A stretch of DNA of 64,000 nucleotides, taken from NCBI GenBank assembly GCA_030704615.1, contig CM060732.1, forward strand, positions 18,414,001 to 18,478,000, read 5' to 3'. Source of the stretch: Takakia lepidozioides (lineage: Eukaryota > Plantae > Bryophyta). The notes under the pieces were generated by a model. The model was given only the letters and a program-made list of their open reading frames with translations, was not told the DNA's origin and ran no database searches. The translations under genes were made by a program, and so were the position numbers. Below, piece after piece: positions 60,130-64,000 of the stretch; positions within the stretch are counted from its first letter, which is position 1, and each line of letters opens with the position of its first letter.

Positions 60130-60405
60130 CTACATATTGAAATGTGCATAATTTACGGCCCTTGGCTTGCTCGTGTCTATCCGTAGTGATTTATTTGTCC
60201 AGGGATGACCTGTTCTTCCGCTGCAACAAACTCGTTCACAAAATGCTCTTCTTTCGCTCCAATCCATTTGTCTTTTGAGTACAACCTCAGCGTAATACAT
60301 TTGCACAAAGTATTGGCCGATTTCGGCAGAGGCTTTGTGTCCACACACATGTTGGAATTTGGACTTCATATTTTCCATCCAACCACGATCTAGGCTAATA
60401 ACCAC
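60130..60405 (-). pseudogene. Fragment of a TE-associated protein domain of unknown function
   Basis: QYFVQMYYAEVVLKRQMDW aligns by eye with YLFAAMLYTKLILLRPVD* in the N-terminal part of the RING cargo gene. Confidence 0.35.
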
Positions 60406-61168
60406 AATCTAATCGCTAATCGCTAATCGCTAATCGTTTCATCAGAGATCGTTTCAATGGCTTATCGCTAATCGATAATCATGAATCGTCATCGTTAATC
60501 GTTATTCCAAAATCATGGAAGTATTCCTTCAGATCGTTAATCGTTCATCGTTATTCAATTGACGATCTGTTCATTTGATGTTTTATGTTTTATGTTTTAT
60601 GTTTGCAAAATCATCCGATGTTGTGCTTCTCTCTACCGTCATACCTAAGCATGTGATTGAGTTGATTTGTGACGAAGAGTAATGCATCTTTGATCAATGG
60701 TCTTACAATAATATCTTGTTCCTCCAAAAAAAATTAGTTGACTTTATTTCATTATTGTATTTGATGGTTTGATGATAGAATATGATTGATGATTTCGTGA
60801 TTTGATGTTCATTTTGAATTAAGGCCAAAGCTTTATACAAAGCAAAATCATTCGATGTTGTGCTTCTCTCTACCATCTTACCTGAGCATGTGCGCGCGTT
60901 TTTCTCTGACGAAGAGTATTGCATGGATAACAATTGCGTCGTTATGTGACAAAACCATTCAAATTCGTCAAGAAATCGAGGATGTCGCCAAAGAAGTTTA
61001 GTATATGCCTAATCCGACGCTCTCTATAAATTATTTAATAAATCTAGATGTCAACGTTGTCTCCGGACAGTGGAGACAACGAACTTGAAAACTAATAACA
61101 ACGATATTGAAATAAGGGCAAAGCTTTACACAAAGTGAAATCATCCAATGTTATGCTTATCTCTACCA

Positions 61169-64000
61169 TGTCAAGTTATTTTACCACTAGTGTGAAACTA
61201 GCTAGGAAATAGCTAGCTTTTACATATTGACATTTGGGATTGGCCCAAGTGTCAATCCAGGGGTCAAGGCAGATTTAGGCCCTGGAGTGGTTATCTTCAC
61301 GGCAAGCGCGGGAGGCTCATCTTTCTCGAGTTGAGCCTCACCGCGCCTAGCTATGGCGCCGTAGTGTGGATTCCCCATGGCGTGGGGTGCACTTGGCTTG
61401 ACTTGTATTTGAGTGATGAGGTTATATATGCATGAGTTTATGCTTCAGCTTTGTGAGCTCGCATGAGCTTGTGCTTGTATTCTTCTTCTTTATCACTCGA
61501 GAAAGATGAGCTCGTATCTGTGAGTGCCAGATACGAGTTAGTTGTAGCACTTGTGGTTTTTGCTTGAGAATGAGAGAAACCAAGTTGTTATGCAAGGAGC
61601 ACCGTGGAGCTCTTGGTTGTTAGAAGCGGAGGCGATGTGGGTTACGAGGTGGTAGACCTTGGCATTCGATCTTCAGCTTCAGAGATGAAAGCACCATGCT
61701 GCAGGTAATTCCAGAGCACCTTGATGGTTTCAGATTGTGTACATGCATGAGCAAGCACGATTGGGAAGAGGACCAGTCAAGAGCAGGTTATAGTGGCTTT
61801 GGTGGCAAAGCTGAGAACTGGACTTGGGAATGCGAGCTTTCATTGTGTGAAGGATTGCAAGACCAAGCGAAAGGGCTGATTTGGCTTGGGGCAAATCAGT
61901 GCACTTTGTGGAGTATGGTGAGATTGGGTTTCAATCTCGAGCTTCAGCATTGAGAGGGCTCTTGTCATGGCAAGAGCAGGGCTGGAACAGGAGCTAAGAG
62001 GTGCGGCAAGGCCATGGAATGTGCACCTAGGGTTTCAGAGCTTGGAAGAAGAGCTCTTGCACCACAAGAGAAGTGTCTTGTGGCTGGAAATGTAAGCCTT
62101 AGGGTTTCAGGAGCTTGGCAAAGGCTGTGGAGTGCTTAGTCTTGTCTTAGAGAGCATCAAGGAGCCAAGGAGCCAAGATAGGGGGCTGATATCTCTTGTG
62201 TGAAGAGGTTGCATGTGTGGAGCATGTATTCAGCTCATTGAAGCTTCCATCTTCAAGCTTGGAGGGCAAGCAAGGAAGAGGGAAGGGCTGACTTCCCTTA
62301 TGTGAGGGCAATGCATGTGTGGAGCATGCTATCAGCCTGGTGAAGGCTTGCACTTTTAGGTGTGGGAGTGCAAGAAGGAAGGAAGGGGCTGGTTTCCCTG
62401 TAGGGCATGTAGAGCATGCTTTCAGCCTGCTGAAGCTTGTATTTTCAGGTTTGTGGGTGCAAGAAATGAAGCAAAGGAGCTGATTCTCTTATGGTGAGAG
62501 TGGGGCATGTGTGGAGCATGCCTTCAGCCCATTGAGGCTCTTGTTTTCAAGCCTTAGAGAGCTAGAACGGAAGGTCTAGGGCTGGTTTCCACTTGGAGTG
62601 AAAGAAAAGCACTTGTAGGGCCTATGTGAGTTGGGGTTTCAACTTCAAGCTTGAAGGGAGCGCAACTCTTGAAGCAACAGGTGTAGAGGGCTGGAATAGG
62701 CTCTAAGACAGATGCTATGGCCAATGAGAGTGCTTGAATGAGTGCTCACAAGGGCTGGGAACCAGCAGGGCTTGGTTGTTTGCCATTGAGTTTAGTGGCG
62801 TGTTTGGGGAGGCTAAGTGAGAAAGAAGGCTTGGTTTGTGGCAACCACCTCATGGCTTAGGGCTACTATGGTGGTGTGTGGGAGCCGAAAGAGCAAGGAT
62901 ACCTTGCTGATTTCCTCACAGCCACCATAGCTCGGTGGAAAGAAGCCTAGAGTCCAAGAGACACAAACCCTAGCTTGGCGTGGCTAAACCCCTTGGAGAA
63001 ATGGCTAAACTGCCAGAGCGGCCATGTGTGGGGCTGTGACAGGCTGTGGCAAGCTGTGACAGGCTGTGCCCATGGCCTTTGGGGCTGTGACGGGCTGTGA
63101 GGGGCTGTGACAGGCCGTGCCTGAGGCCTTTGAGGCTGTGACGGGCTGTGAGGGGCTGTGACAGGCCGTGCCCATGGCCTTTGGGGCTGTGAGGGGCTGT
63201 GATGGGCTGTGTCAGGCTGTGACAGGCTGTGCCCAGTGGCCTTTGGGGCTGTGACGGCTGTGCGGGGCTGTGACAGGCTGTGCCCTGAGGCCTGTGGGGC
63301 TGTGAGGGGCTGTGATGGGCTGTGCAAGCTGTGACGGGCTGTGATGGGCTGTGATGGGTTGTGACAGGCTGTGCCCTGTGCCCTGTGGGGCTGTGACGGG
63401 CTGTGTCAGGCTGTGACAGGCTGTGCCCAGTGGCCTTTGGGGCTGTGACAGGCTGTGCCCTGAGGCCTGTGGGGCTGTGACGGGCTGTGGCGAGCTGTGA
63501 CAGGCTGTGCCCATGGCCTTTGGGGCTGTGACGGGCTGTGAGGGCTGTGACAGGCCGTGCCTGAGGCCTTTGAGGCTGTGACGGGCTGTGAGGGGCTGTG
63601 ACAGGCCGTGCCCATGGCCTTTGGGGCTGTGAGGGGCTGTGAGGGGCTGTGACAGGCTGTGCCCTGTGGCCCTGTGGGGCTGTGACGGGCTGTGTCAGGC
63701 TGTGGCGAGCTGTGACGGGCTGTGACAGGCTGTGCCCAGAGGCCTTTGAGGCTGTGACGGGCTGTGAGGGGCTGTGACAGGCCGTGCCTGAGGCCTTTGA
63801 GGCTGTGACGGGCTGTGAGGGGCTGTGACAGGCCGTGCCCATGGCCTTTGGGGCTGTGACGGGCTGTGAGGGGCTGTGACAGGCTGTGCCCTGTGCCCTG
63901 TGGGGCTGTGAGGGGGCTGTGACAGGCTGTGCCCAGAGGCCTTGAGGCTGTGACGGGCTGTGAGGGGCTGTGACAGGCCGTGCCTGAGGCCTTTAAGGCT
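61169..64000. mobile_element. Probable LTR-retrotransposon-derived non-coding segment, running off the window
   Basis: Begins TGTCAAG exactly where the third copy of a local repeat (atgtt.tgctt.tctctacc) breaks off, and shares the GAGGCTCA...TGAGCCTC hairpin with the Gypsy LTR. No PBS or second LTR seen. Confidence 0.45.
63030..64000. repeat. GC-rich minisatellite with a roughly 10-bp GGGCTGTGA[C/G] core and higher-order units
   Basis: Dozens of ggctgtga copies interleaved with ggcctttggggctgt and ggccgtgcc modules; continues past 64000. Confidence 0.95.

Noticed and set aside
62947-63842. ORFs up to 290 aa on the minus strand
   Set aside because: They are translations of the GGCTGTGA minisatellite, open in several frames, with no domain.

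Overview
Eukaryotic land-plant genomic DNA, probably a non-seed plant (inferred from gene and TE content; the taxon cannot be fixed from this window). Four apparently intact host genes sit in a gene island: a small membrane protein (13553-14295 +), RABD/Rab1 (21535-25661 -), an intronless TMEM208/SND2 (27814-28344 -) and a JAZ/TIFY repressor (29535-33396 -). Dense, partly nested transposons flank the island. The unusual feature is how much chromatin and protein-modification machinery sits in or beside these elements. (1) A Ty3/Gypsy polyprotein has a DNMT3-like C5 DNA methyltransferase upstream of RT and a PHD finger on the integrase. It is nested in a Copia that lies in an intron of a spliced C5-methyltransferase pseudogene missed by the ORF track. 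(2) A SET-domain gene lies directly upstream of a CACTA transposase. (3) A 12.6-kb hAT-type element (8-bp TSD GGCGGTGG) carries a deleted BED transposase, a RING-H2 gene and a protein kinase, each preceded by the same palindromic TGCGACCACC array and a TATA box. (4) A third C5-methyltransferase remnant lies at about 59.4-59.9 kb. The window also holds a TTAA-flanked piggyBac-type element, a LINE with a duplicated 3' end, a Tourist-like MITE, a Helitron 3' end, a fold-back element and several satellites. Most TE reading frames are decayed. All domain calls come from reading motifs by eye; no searches were run.
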